Source: Desulfobulbus propionicus DSM 2032 | GTDB lineage: Bacteria > Desulfobacterota > Desulfobulbia > Desulfobulbales > Desulfobulbaceae | DNA length: 32,000 nucleotides | Direction: 5' to 3' | Assembly: GCF_000186885.1 (NCBI RefSeq) | Contig: NC_014972.1 | Span: 3,090,001-3,122,000, forward strand | In this document: piece after piece, positions 11,085 through 20,194 of the stretch | Position numbering within the stretch: the stretch's first letter is position 1 | How the letters are laid out: each line of letters starts with the position of its first letter | Position numbers and translations under genes: made by a program | Notes under the pieces: model-generated | Databases searched by the model: none | Told to the model about the DNA's origin: nothing | The model's input: only the letters and a program-made list of their open reading frames with translations

Positions 11085-11441
11085 TCAAGCCCCCATGATC
11101 TTCTTGCGAAAGAGGAAAAAGACCGCGCCCAGCAGACAGAGCCCGGCCCAGAGGTAGTCCAGAGTGAGCTTTTCCTTGAGATAGAGCACGGAAAAGGGCA
11201 CGAAGATCGACAGGGTGATGACCTCCTGGAGGATCTTGAGCTGGCCGACGGACATCACATCGTGGCCGATGCGGTTGGCGGGCACCTGGAGCAGGTATTC
11301 CAGGAGGGCAATGCCCCAGCTGACCAGGGCGGCGATGATCCACGGCTTGTGCGACAAACTCTTGAGATGGCCGTACCAGGCAAAGGTCATGAAGATGTTG
11401 CTTGCCGACAACAGGGCAATGGTCAGGGTGTAGCGGTTCAT
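11085..11441 (-). CDS. DMT-like small membrane protein, DUF486 family
   Basis: MNRYTLTIALLSASNIFMTFAWYGHLK... VPANRIGHDVMSVGQLKILQEVITLSIFVPFSVLYLKE. Confidence 0.85.
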   Translation of the reverse strand: MNRYTLTIALLSASNIFMTFAWYGHLKSLSHKPWIIAALVSWGIALLEYLLQVPANRIGHDVMSVGQLKILQEVITLSIFVPFSVLYLKEKLTLDYLWAGLCLLGAVFFLFRKKIMGA

Positions 11442-11576
11442 GGTGCTCTCCTCGCTGAAGGCGAGAGGTGGAGATGACGCGGCCGGTTGACCGCACCAGG
11501 GCGGATCGTTTGCGTTCGCCGCAAATGGGTTATAGTAGCACCCCTCCAGCCGATTTCAAGGGAGAAACCGCGCGGC

Positions 11577-11612
11577 GGCCCGACCGGCCCGACCGGCCCG
11601 ACCGGCCCGACC
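11577..11612. repeat. Short tandem repeat (GGCCCGACC)x4
   Basis: Four identical 9-bp units directly read in the intergenic region. Confidence 0.9.
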
Positions 11613-11702
11613 GGGCAAAACTCCTGCTGACTTTCCGGGGCAAGCTTTATACAATAGATACGTTGTGCTGTTTCTCCGTTCTCTCAACGTCCGAGGTTGC
11701 CC

Positions 11703-14700
11703 ATGCCCGCCGATTCCTGTCCGTTGCCCCTTGCCTCCGATGCCCTCAAGGCCAATCTGCGTGAAACCGCCGCCCCGGTGGTGATCAATCCCGCCTACCT
11801 GCCGCTGCGTGACGCGGTCTGCCGCTTCCGGGGCATCCTGGGCAAGCTCGACACCCTGCTCTACGAAATCAGCCACCCCTTCCGCAACTGGAAACTGCTC
11901 ATCCCCGAGCTGCGGGCCTATGTGCTCAAAAACAGCAACCACTACCGCGATCATGAGCAGGGGCCCGAGGCCTTCGCCTTGTTCATGGCCATTTTCTTCG
12001 ACGCGCTCAAGGATTCGGGCCGCAACGAGCAGCTGCTGCAGCGCATTCTCGAAGCCATGCTCGCCTATGCCGACAAGCTGATCCTCTCGCTCGACAGCCC
12101 GGCCCTGTTTCGCTACCAAGCGGTCTTCACCGAATTTTTCACCCGCCTGCGGGAATTGGACCGGACCGAACCGCAGGTGATGCTCTCCATCGTCCAAGGT
12201 CATCATCCCATCCGCAAGATCGTGCAACAGGTGCTCGGCCTGCGCAAACAGCAGCCGCAGCAGCCCTATGATCTCCAGGCACTGGCCCTCTTGCTCCGTA
12301 CCCTCCTCATCCGCACCTATCAGTATTGGCTGAACGAAGAGGATCCGCTGCCGTGGTTCGAGCGGCAATGCGGCGACTACTGCCGCCAGTGGCACGGCCA
12401 GGATCTGCTGTTGTCCATCTCCCATCAACGGATCGCCGAATGCCTTCGCACATTAGAGGCCATCGATTTTGCCGCCGATTACCAGGCCGGCCTGGAGCAA
12501 CTCCTTGCCCTGCCCGCCCACATGGACCTGGTTCGCTTGTACAAGGAGATCCCGGCCAAGATGGTGGCGGTCGAGGCGGCCAGCGAATCCTCGGCCAACT
12601 TCGTCGAGAACCGCAAGCTGCTCTTTTTGTTCCGCATCATGGAAACCGCCGGCCTGTTTTTGATCCACGAGGAGACCCTGCGCGAGATCAACCGCTCGCT
12701 GGTGCAGTTGATCCGCAAGCAGAGCTTCGAGGAGATCGAGCAGTTCTTCGTCACCACCTTCCACCTGCTCAAGGCCAATGTCCGCCGCTACCCGCACACC
12801 TCGCTGCAATGCATCCAGGTGATCGGCAACGAGGTATTCAAGCGCGGCAACTCCCGCCTGGTCGAGGCCTTTTTGTGGGAGGCGGTGCGCTTTGGCTTCC
12901 AGTACGCGAACGTGCGCGGCGTGGACGAGGACTGGCAGCCCATCGCCAACCCGGCCCATCTGACCAACATTCGTGTCTGGCTCAACCTGATCGAGCAGGA
13001 GCCCAAGTGGTGCTCGACCCTGTTTTCGGCCCTGATCATCAACCTGCGGCTGTCGGGTACCTGCGTGCGCGACACCGACCTGTTCCAGCGCGACATCACC
13101 GAACTGCTCAACCATCCCATCGGCCCGATCTACAACCTGGCCAAGCAGTTCACCAAGCTGATGCCGGTCTTTTTCAACGAGATCGGCGCCGAGGGCGAGC
13201 TGCGCGACGTGTCCACCGAACTCGACGAGATTCACAAACGCAAGGACATCCTCGTCCACTTCCTGCGCAAGCAGGCCCATGTGGAGTCGAGCAACCTGAT
13301 CGTCGGTTTCATCGAAGCCATCTTCACCTTCTGGATCACCCTCGATCAGAGCTACCTGCGCGAATACCTGCCCGACGAGGTGCTGCGCCAAGTGGAAACC
13401 AGCGGCCCCTTTGTCGACGACCAACATGAACTGGCGGCCCGGATCAAGAAGGAACTGCGTTTCACCCGCATGGCCCACATTCTCGCCTGGGACGACGACG
13501 AACGGCAGCAGTTCCTTGACCGCCAGCAGGATCTCTCGGAAGTGGAACGGCGGCGATTCGCCCTGTTGGTGCGGATGTACAAGCTCTTGCACCTCAAGTA
13601 CAATCTCAGCCTGCCCGAGATCCAGAGCCAGCTGCACCACGCCATCAATGCCGGCTTCCCCGAGTTGGCCCGCCTGCTCGACGTGCTCAGGGAAAACGAC
13701 CCGATCCATTGCCTCGATGCCCTGCTCGACGAACTCGAACACCTGCAGGAAATCATCCTCAGTCCAGACAAGTTCGAGCCCAAGGAGGAGATTTATTACA
13801 AGCGCCACATCGCGGTCGACATTCCCTCGGTCTACGGCCGCTATTCCGAACGCAAATTCGATGCCCTCGGCCTGACCTTCCGCCTGGAGAGCCTGGCCAA
13901 CGTCTACCTGGAGCGGCTCTTTTCCACCGTCAACCTGAGTTTCATCACCCAAGCGACCTTCATCCGCATCCTCAAGTGTCTGCGGCTCTTTACCCGCGCC
14001 CTGCAGATCGACGGCATCTCCAGCCGCCGCCTGGACACCTACATCAGCCTGCTGGCCACCTCGATCGGCATTCGCCGCTTTTCCTATACCCAACACCTCG
14101 ACATCATGCGCGGCCTGTCCGAAGGGGTCAAGGACATCATCTACGCCTACTACACCAACATCCACCAGAACAACCTCTCCATCATCGTGCCGCAAATCGG
14201 CAAGGACAACCTGCTGCCCAAGTACCACGGGTCCTGGGACGAGAAAAACATGCCCGAGACCGTGCTCCGCCTCTCGGAAACCTTTTTCCGCGACCTGATT
14301 TCCACCACCTTCGGCCTGCAGCACCTGGACAACTTCATCGGCAAGGTCATTGGCACCCTGGAGGCGCAAAAGGACATTCTCGACGAGAAGACGCTCGATC
14401 TGCTGATGACCTACAACCCGGAAAAGGCGATCAGCAGCCTCCATGCCGAAAACCTGCGCACCCACAACCTGATCCACCTGGGCAACAAGGGCTTCAATCT
14501 GGTGGTGCTGACCCGCGACAAGCTGCCGGTGCCGCCGGCCTTCATCATCACCACCGAGGTCTTCCGCTGCTATCGGGCGATCCGCAAGTTCGAGCGGGCC
14601 CGCGACGAATACATGCGGCGGGTGCGGGCCGCGGTCACCGGCATCGAGCAGATGACCGGCCTGGTGTTCGGCTCGCCGGAGCGGCCGCTGCTGCTGTCGG

Positions 14701-15962
14701 TGCGCAGCGGCGCAGCCATCTCCATGCCCGGCATCATGTCCACCATCCACAATGTCGGCGCCAACGAGGAGATGGTCGAGGAGTATGTGGCCCTCCATCC
14801 GGAGGCCAAATACTTTGCCTGGGACAACTTCCGCCGCTTTCTTCAATCCTGGGGCATGGCCAACGGCATGGAGCGCGAGGACTTCCAGGAGCTGATGAAC
14901 ACGCACAAACGTCAGCATCAGGTGCATTACAAGCGCGATTTTTCGCCCGAGCAGATGCGCCAGCTGGCCCTCAACTACCAGCAGGCGGTCAAGGGCCGCG
15001 GCTTCGGCATGCCCGAGGACCCCTGGTTGCAGCTGATCGGCGCGGTGGACATGGTGTTCGACAGCTGGCACACGCCCAAGGCCCAGGAATACCGCCGCCT
15101 GATGGGTGTATCCGACGACTGGGGCACGGCGGTCATCGTCCAGACCATGGTGTTCGGCAATCTCAGCTCCCAGGCGGGCAGCGGGGTGCTGTTCACCGCT
15201 CATCCCTATCGCAAGGTGCGGCGGGTGGCCCTGTGGGGCGATTACGCCACCGGCGACCAGGGCGAGGACATTGTTTCCGGCCTGGTCACCAGTCACCCGA
15301 TATCGGTGGAGCAGGCAGAGATCGACGGCCGTGACGAGAACAAGAGTTTGGAGCGTCGCTTTCCCAAGGTCTACCAGCGGCTTTTGGAAATCAGCCGCGA
15401 TCTGGTCTACGAAAAGGAGTGGAATCCGCAGGAAATCGAGTTCACCTTCGAGGGGCCGGAACCGGAACAGCTCTATCTGCTCCAGACCCGCGACATGATC
15501 ACCATCAAGAAGAAGGAGCATCTCAACGTCTTCGTCGATTCCGACCTGGCCCACAAGGCGATCCTCGCCAAGGGGATCGGCGTGTCCGGGTCGGCGATGA
15601 GCGGCAAGGCGGTGTTCAACGAGGACAACATCAGCCAGTTGCGCCGGGAGGAGCCGGGCACGCCGCTGATCCTCATTCGCCGCGACACCGTGCCCGAGGA
15701 TATCCGCGAAATTTCCCTGGCCGACGGGCTGGTGACCTCGCGCGGCGGGCAGACCTCGCACGCCTCGGTGGTGGCCACCCGGCTGGAGAAGACCTGCGTG
15801 GTCGGCTGCCGTGACATGCAGGTGGTGGAAACCGAGGAGTATGCCGAGATCAACGGCACGCGCATCACCTTCGGCACCCCGATTGCCATCGACGGCCGCC
15901 ACGGCCTGCTGATCGAGGGCAACTTCCCGCTGCGCGAGGAGGTGCACATTCTGCCTTTATAA
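11703..15962 (+). CDS. Large PEP/pyruvate-binding (PPDK/PEP-synthase N-terminal domain) protein with swivelling phosphohistidine domain
   Basis: LGNKGFNLVVLTRDKLPVPPAFIITTEVFR, LLLSVRSGAAISMPGIMSTIHNVG and GGQTSHASVVATRLEKTCVVGC. A long N-terminal region of roughly 900 aa precedes the kinase domain. Confidence 0.85.
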   Translation: MPADSCPLPLASDALKANLRETAAPVVINPAYLPLRDAVCRFRGILGKLDTLLYEISHPFRNWKLLIPELRAYVLKNSNHYRDHEQGPEAFALFMAIFFDALKDSGRNEQLLQRILEAMLAYADKLILSLDSPALFRYQAVFTEFFTRLRELDRTEPQVMLSIVQGHHPIRKIVQQVLGLRKQQPQQPYDLQALALLLRTLLIRTYQYWLNEEDPLPWFERQCGDYCRQWHGQDLLLSISHQRIAECLRTLEAIDFAADYQAGLEQLLALPAHMDLVRLYKEIPAKMVAVEAASESSANFVENRKLLFLFRIMETAGLFLIHEETLREINRSLVQLIRKQSFEEIEQFFVTTFHLLKANVRRYPHTSLQCIQVIGNEVFKRGNSRLVEAFLWEAVRFGFQYANVRGVDEDWQPIANPAHLTNIRVWLNLIEQEPKWCSTLFSALIINLRLSGTCVRDTDLFQRDITELLNHPIGPIYNLAKQFTKLMPVFFNEIGAEGELRDVSTELDEIHKRKDILVHFLRKQAHVESSNLIVGFIEAIFTFWITLDQSYLREYLPDEVLRQVETSGPFVDDQHELAARIKKELRFTRMAHILAWDDDERQQFLDRQQDLSEVERRRFALLVRMYKLLHLKYNLSLPEIQSQLHHAINAGFPELARLLDVLRENDPIHCLDALLDELEHLQEIILSPDKFEPKEEIYYKRHIAVDIPSVYGRYSERKFDALGLTFRLESLANVYLERLFSTVNLSFITQATFIRILKCLRLFTRALQIDGISSRRLDTYISLLATSIGIRRFSYTQHLDIMRGLSEGVKDIIYAYYTNIHQNNLSIIVPQIGKDNLLPKYHGSWDEKNMPETVLRLSETFFRDLISTTFGLQHLDNFIGKVIGTLEAQKDILDEKTLDLLMTYNPEKAISSLHAENLRTHNLIHLGNKGFNLVVLTRDKLPVPPAFIITTEVFRCYRAIRKFERARDEYMRRVRAAVTGIEQMTGLVFGSPERPLLLSVRSGAAISMPGIMSTIHNVGANEEMVEEYVALHPEAKYFAWDNFRRFLQSWGMANGMEREDFQELMNTHKRQHQVHYKRDFSPEQMRQLALNYQQAVKGRGFGMPEDPWLQLIGAVDMVFDSWHTPKAQEYRRLMGVSDDWGTAVIVQTMVFGNLSSQAGSGVLFTAHPYRKVRRVALWGDYATGDQGEDIVSGLVTSHPISVEQAEIDGRDENKSLERRFPKVYQRLLEISRDLVYEKEWNPQEIEFTFEGPEPEQLYLLQTRDMITIKKKEHLNVFVDSDLAHKAILAKGIGVSGSAMSGKAVFNEDNISQLRREEPGTPLILIRRDTVPEDIREISLADGLVTSRGGQTSHASVVATRLEKTCVVGCRDMQVVETEEYAEINGTRITFGTPIAIDGRHGLLIEGNFPLREEVHILPL

Positions 15963-16064
15963 CCCGCCTGCTCGGACTTATAGTAGACCCTAAATCATGA
16001 TCGCCAGCGTCCCCCCAATAGCCGGTGCGCTGGCCTGTTTCTTTTCTCTGCCCGGTCACCTGCC

Positions 16065-19007
16065 ATGAACAGCCCCAGCCCTTTCCCCCCCGATCAATCC
16101 ATTCACTGCTTCACGGTCCAGGACATGAGCTGCGAACACTGCCAAGCCCGGGTGGAAGGGGCGGCGCGGTCTGTGGAGGGAGCGCGCGAGGCGCGGGTTG
16201 ACCTGACGGCCGGAATGTTGACCGTGCGCGGTGGCGATCCGCAAGCCATCCTCCGGGCGGTGGAGGAGGCCGGCTATCCGATCGAACAGATTGACGCCCC
16301 GCGACCTGGCTGCCCGCTGGCGGAAACGGTCTCGTCTCCCGCCGTTTCACAGCCGCCGTCCGCCGCAGACCGCTATCTGCTGCGGGTGGACGACATGCAC
16401 TGCGCCAGCTGCGTGGCCCGGGTGGAACAGGCCATCCTTGCCGTGGCGGGAGTGCGCGAGGCGGCGGTCAACCTGGTGGACAGGAGCGCCAGCGTGGTCG
16501 GCGGCGACCCGATCAAGGTGGTCGAAGCGGTGAACCAGGCGGGATACGGGACCTCGCTGCTTGAGGAGCAGGGACACACCTCTGCCGGGGATCGGTACGA
16601 GATCGACATCCTCGGCATGCACTGCGCCAGCTGCGTGGCGCGGGTGGAACAGGCCATCCTTGCCCTCCCCGGCGTTACCGGGGCCGTGGTCAACCTGATC
16701 GAAAAAAAGGCCCAGGTGCAAGGCGGCGACCCGGAACAGGTGGTGCGGGCCATTGTCGATCAAGGCTATGGAGCCTCGCTGCGGCACCAAACAACCGCCG
16801 ACACCTTTTTCCTGACCCTGCAGCCGCAGCCGGATGCCGACGAATTGGCACAGGTTCGCGAGATTCTGCTCGCCCTGGATCCTGCCACGGAGATGAGCGT
16901 GGACAACGGGCGACTGCGCGTCTCCACCTCTCAGCACCCGGCGGATGTGCTGCTGCGGCTGACCGATATCGGCTATCAGGTGACCCTGGAGGAATCCTTC
17001 ACCGACCCGGCCATCAGCCAGGCCGAGGAGACCTGGCAGGAAATCAGGCGCTCCTGGCGGCGGGCCCTGCTCGCCGGCCTGATGGGGTTCGGCCTCATGG
17101 CCGGCCACATGAGCGGACTGTTTCCCCATCTTCACGAAGGCCGGCTGTTCTGGGCCGGGGCCGCCCTGCTCTGTTTGTGCACCATGCTCTACAGCGGCCG
17201 CAACTACTTTATTGGCGCCTGGAAGCAGGCCCGCCACGGCGCGGCCAACATGGATACCCTGGTGGCCCTGGGCACCGGCGCGGCATGGCTGTCGTCAGTG
17301 CTGGTCATCGCTGATCCGCACTTCATCCCCGGCGCGGCCGATTATCTCTACCTCGATGCCGCGGTGATGATCCTCGCCTTTCTCCAGCTGGGCCATGTCC
17401 TTGAAACCAAGGCCAAACGGACCACCAGCGAGGCCATCGGCGCCCTGGTGGGCTTAAGGGCGCGCACCGCCTGGGTAATCCGCGCCAGCGGCCAGGTCGA
17501 GATCCCGGTGTCGCTGTTGCGCCTGGGCGACCGGGTGCGGGTCAAACCCGGCGAGAAGGTGCCCATTGACGGCGAAATCGTCGAGGGCCGAACCACCATC
17601 GACGAATCGATGCTCACCGGCGAGCCGCTGGCCGTGGCCCGCGAGATCGGCGATCCGGTCACCGGCGGCACCATCAACCGCTCCGGCGCCTTTATCCTCC
17701 GGGTCACCCGCTTGGGCGACGATACCACCCTGGCGCGGATCATCCGCATGGTGCACACGGCGCAGATGAGCAAGCCGCCCATCGGCCGGCTGGTCGACCG
17801 CATTGCCGGGGTCTTTGTGCCGGTGGTGATCACCATCAGCCTGGTCAGCTTTTTCGCCTGGTGGAGTTTTGCCCAGGAGTTGGCGCTTGCCCATGGATTG
17901 ACCGCGGCCATCGCGGTGCTGGTCATCGCCTGTCCCTGCGCCCTTGGCTTGGCGACGCCGATCGCCATCATGGTCGGCACCAGCCGGGCGGCCCAATGCA
18001 ACGTCCTCATCCGCAACAGCGACGCCCTGCAGACCGCCTCGACCCTGACCCATGTGGTGGTCGACAAGACCGGCACCCTGACCCAAGGCAAACCGGCGGT
18101 GACCGCCATTATGCCGGTGGCCGGCATGCGCCAGGACGAGGTGCTGCTGTGGGCGGCCAGCCTGGAGAGCGGCTCCGAGCATCCGCTGGCCGAGGCGGTG
18201 CTGAGCGCGCAACTGGAGCGCGGCGAACCGCTGCGCACCCTGGACAACTTCACCGCCATCCCCGGCCGGGGAGTGCAGGCGGAGCATGCCGGCGTCCGAT
18301 ATCTGCTGGGCAACCACCTGTTCCTCGACGAACAGGGGTTGGCCCTGCCTGCCGGGCTCCGGACCGAGGCCGAACACCAGGCGGCCCGGGGCGGCACCCC
18401 GGTCTGGCTGGCCCGTGGCACGGAGGTGATGGGCCTGTTGATCCTCAAGGATCCGGTGCGCCCGGATTCGGCGGCGGCGGTTGCCGCCCTCCAGCGGCAG
18501 GGCATCACGGTGGTGATGTGCAGCGGCGACAACCGGGCGACCGCCGAGGCCGTGGCCCGCGAAGTGGGGATTACCGAGGTGCACAGCGAAATTTTGCCGG
18601 AGCAGAAACTGGAGGTCATCCAGGCCCTGCAGCAGCAGGGGTGCAAGGTTGGCATGGTCGGCGACGGGGTCAACGATGCCCCGGCCCTGGCCCAGGCCGA
18701 TACCGGTTTTGCCCTGGGGAGCGGCACCGACGTGGCCATCGAGAACGCCGACATCACCCTCACCGGCGACTCGCTCCTGCTGGTGGCCGACGCCATCGCC
18801 ATCTCCACCGCCACCATCCGCAACATCCGGCAGAACCTGTTCGGCGCCTTCATCTACAACGTCATCGGCATTCCTTTGGCGGCCGGCCTGTTCTATCCAC
18901 TCACCGGCTGGCAACTCGAGCCGATGTTCGCCAGCGCCGCCATGGCCCTGTCCTCGGTGACCGTGGTCACCAATGCCAACCGGCTGCGTTTTTTTCGACC
19001 GCGATGA
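16065..19007 (+). CDS. copA: Cu(+)-type P1B-ATPase with three N-terminal HMA domains
   Basis: Three metal-binding motifs (MSCEHC, MHCASC, MHCASC), VIACPCALGLATP, DKTGTLT and GDGVNDAPAL. Confidence 0.95.
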   Translation: MNSPSPFPPDQSIHCFTVQDMSCEHCQARVEGAARSVEGAREARVDLTAGMLTVRGGDPQAILRAVEEAGYPIEQIDAPRPGCPLAETVSSPAVSQPPSAADRYLLRVDDMHCASCVARVEQAILAVAGVREAAVNLVDRSASVVGGDPIKVVEAVNQAGYGTSLLEEQGHTSAGDRYEIDILGMHCASCVARVEQAILALPGVTGAVVNLIEKKAQVQGGDPEQVVRAIVDQGYGASLRHQTTADTFFLTLQPQPDADELAQVREILLALDPATEMSVDNGRLRVSTSQHPADVLLRLTDIGYQVTLEESFTDPAISQAEETWQEIRRSWRRALLAGLMGFGLMAGHMSGLFPHLHEGRLFWAGAALLCLCTMLYSGRNYFIGAWKQARHGAANMDTLVALGTGAAWLSSVLVIADPHFIPGAADYLYLDAAVMILAFLQLGHVLETKAKRTTSEAIGALVGLRARTAWVIRASGQVEIPVSLLRLGDRVRVKPGEKVPIDGEIVEGRTTIDESMLTGEPLAVAREIGDPVTGGTINRSGAFILRVTRLGDDTTLARIIRMVHTAQMSKPPIGRLVDRIAGVFVPVVITISLVSFFAWWSFAQELALAHGLTAAIAVLVIACPCALGLATPIAIMVGTSRAAQCNVLIRNSDALQTASTLTHVVVDKTGTLTQGKPAVTAIMPVAGMRQDEVLLWAASLESGSEHPLAEAVLSAQLERGEPLRTLDNFTAIPGRGVQAEHAGVRYLLGNHLFLDEQGLALPAGLRTEAEHQAARGGTPVWLARGTEVMGLLILKDPVRPDSAAAVAALQRQGITVVMCSGDNRATAEAVAREVGITEVHSEILPEQKLEVIQALQQQGCKVGMVGDGVNDAPALAQADTGFALGSGTDVAIENADITLTGDSLLLVADAIAISTATIRNIRQNLFGAFIYNVIGIPLAAGLFYPLTGWQLEPMFASAAMALSSVTVVTNANRLRFFRPR

Positions 19008-19171
19008 GCCTGCGGCTCGCGGGAGCGGGGCAATCGAGCGGGCTTTATCGATACAAATTATCAAGTGAGATTCAAATCTACTTGCGAATCCATCCCGAGC
19101 GCGGTAAGTGATGCCTCCCGTCCAGCGCCCCTTCGGCCTGGCGATCCCAATCAAAGACGAGCAACACGCCC

Positions 19172-20026
19172 ATGGACACCCTTTTTTCCCGGATCACCTA
19201 CATCTTCGACCCGCTGCACGCCTTTTACGAGCACGAGAGGGTCTACCGCAAGATCTCCATCTCCCTGGTTTTTCTCTTTCTCTGCAGCCTGGGACTCATC
19301 GAGCTGAACCGGCAGGGTTTGCTGCCTGCGGAGCTCGCCGCCCTCCTGCCGCGCAACCATTTCTACGCGGTCCATGCCGCCTTCACCGTCATCCTGGTGC
19401 TTGAGGTCATCAGTCTGATCTTTGTCCTGCCCTGCTCGTTTTCCCGCTCGCTGGGCAAGCAGTTCGAGATCCTGTCCCTGATCCTGATCCGCAACGCTTT
19501 CAAGGAATTGTCCTATTTCGCCGAACCGCTCAGCTACGAGGGCAACATCGAAAAGATCCTGCATATCCTGGCCAGCGGCTTTGGCGCATTGCTGATTTTC
19601 GCCCTGTTGGGCGTGTACTACAAGATCCAGAAACGAAGCGGCGAGGACGGCCGGTCCATTGATCTGTACGGCTTTGTCGCCTCGAAAAAGGCGATCTCCC
19701 TGCTGCTGCTGGTGTCCTTCGTCTGCATGGGCGGCTACTCGATTTATCAAACCCTGCAGGGCATCGAACACCCGGATTTTCTCCACGGCTTCTACACCCA
19801 GCTCATCCTCACCGACATTCTCATTGTCCTGGTGTCGCAGTGCTTCCACCCCTCGGCCAAGATGATCTTCCGTAATTCCGGCTATGCCTTGTCGACCCTG
19901 ATGATCCGTCTGGCCCTGGTGGCGCCGGTTTACTACAACGTGCTGCTCGGCGCCGCCGCCATGCTCTTTGCCATCCTCCTCACCCTGGTCAGTCAGCACC
20001 TGTTCCAACAGCAGCGGAAACTCTAA
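19172..20026 (+). CDS. Hypothetical multi-pass membrane protein
   Basis: 284-aa ORF with several hydrophobic segments (ISISLVFLFLCSLGLI, FTVILVLEVISLIFVLPC, AISLLLLVSFVCMGG, MLFAILLTLVSQHLF). Confidence 0.75.
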   Translation: MDTLFSRITYIFDPLHAFYEHERVYRKISISLVFLFLCSLGLIELNRQGLLPAELAALLPRNHFYAVHAAFTVILVLEVISLIFVLPCSFSRSLGKQFEILSLILIRNAFKELSYFAEPLSYEGNIEKILHILASGFGALLIFALLGVYYKIQKRSGEDGRSIDLYGFVASKKAISLLLLVSFVCMGGYSIYQTLQGIEHPDFLHGFYTQLILTDILIVLVSQCFHPSAKMIFRNSGYALSTLMIRLALVAPVYYNVLLGAAAMLFAILLTLVSQHLFQQQRKL

Positions 20027-20032
20027 AAAAAA

Positions 20033-20056
20033 CGGGAGGCAGATGTCTGCCTCCCG
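20033..20056. terminator. Terminator-like hairpin downstream of 19172..20026
   Basis: CGGGAGGCAG-ATGT-CTGCCTCCCG perfect 10-bp stem. An A-run on its left gives a U-run only for minus-strand transcripts. Confidence 0.6.
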
Positions 20057-20162
20057 TTGTCATCCCCGCCTCAACGCGGCGCGCGTTTTTTCCAATGCGC
20101 TTTCAAGGTGTCATGTATCCGTGGGGTGGACACGCGTTTTTGGTGTAAGCCCACCTCTACAA

Positions 20163-20185
20163 GAAAAAAGGCGCCTCTTGCAGGC
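20163..20185 (-). terminator. Candidate terminator of the flavodiiron gene
   Basis: Minus strand GCCTGCAAGAGGCGCCTTTTTT shortly after the stop codon; the stem is short. Confidence 0.5.
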
Positions 20186-20194
20186 CCAGGCGGA

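Noticed and set aside
11577-11612. Possible CRISPR or REP-like array
   Set aside because: Units are only 9 bp and directly abutting with no spacers, so this is a simple tandem repeat. No CRISPR-like array was seen elsewhere in the window.
12453-15947. 1164-aa minus-strand ORF (and the 541-aa and 367-aa plus-frame ORFs) overlapping the PPDK-like gene
   Set aside because: Composition (Asp/His/Val/Leu/Gln-rich) is that of a complementary-frame translation of GC-rich codons. The 11703-15962 frame carries the conserved motifs.
17454-19154. 566-aa and 501-aa minus-strand ORFs opposite copA
   Set aside because: Antisense shadow ORFs; the sense frame has all P-type ATPase motifs.
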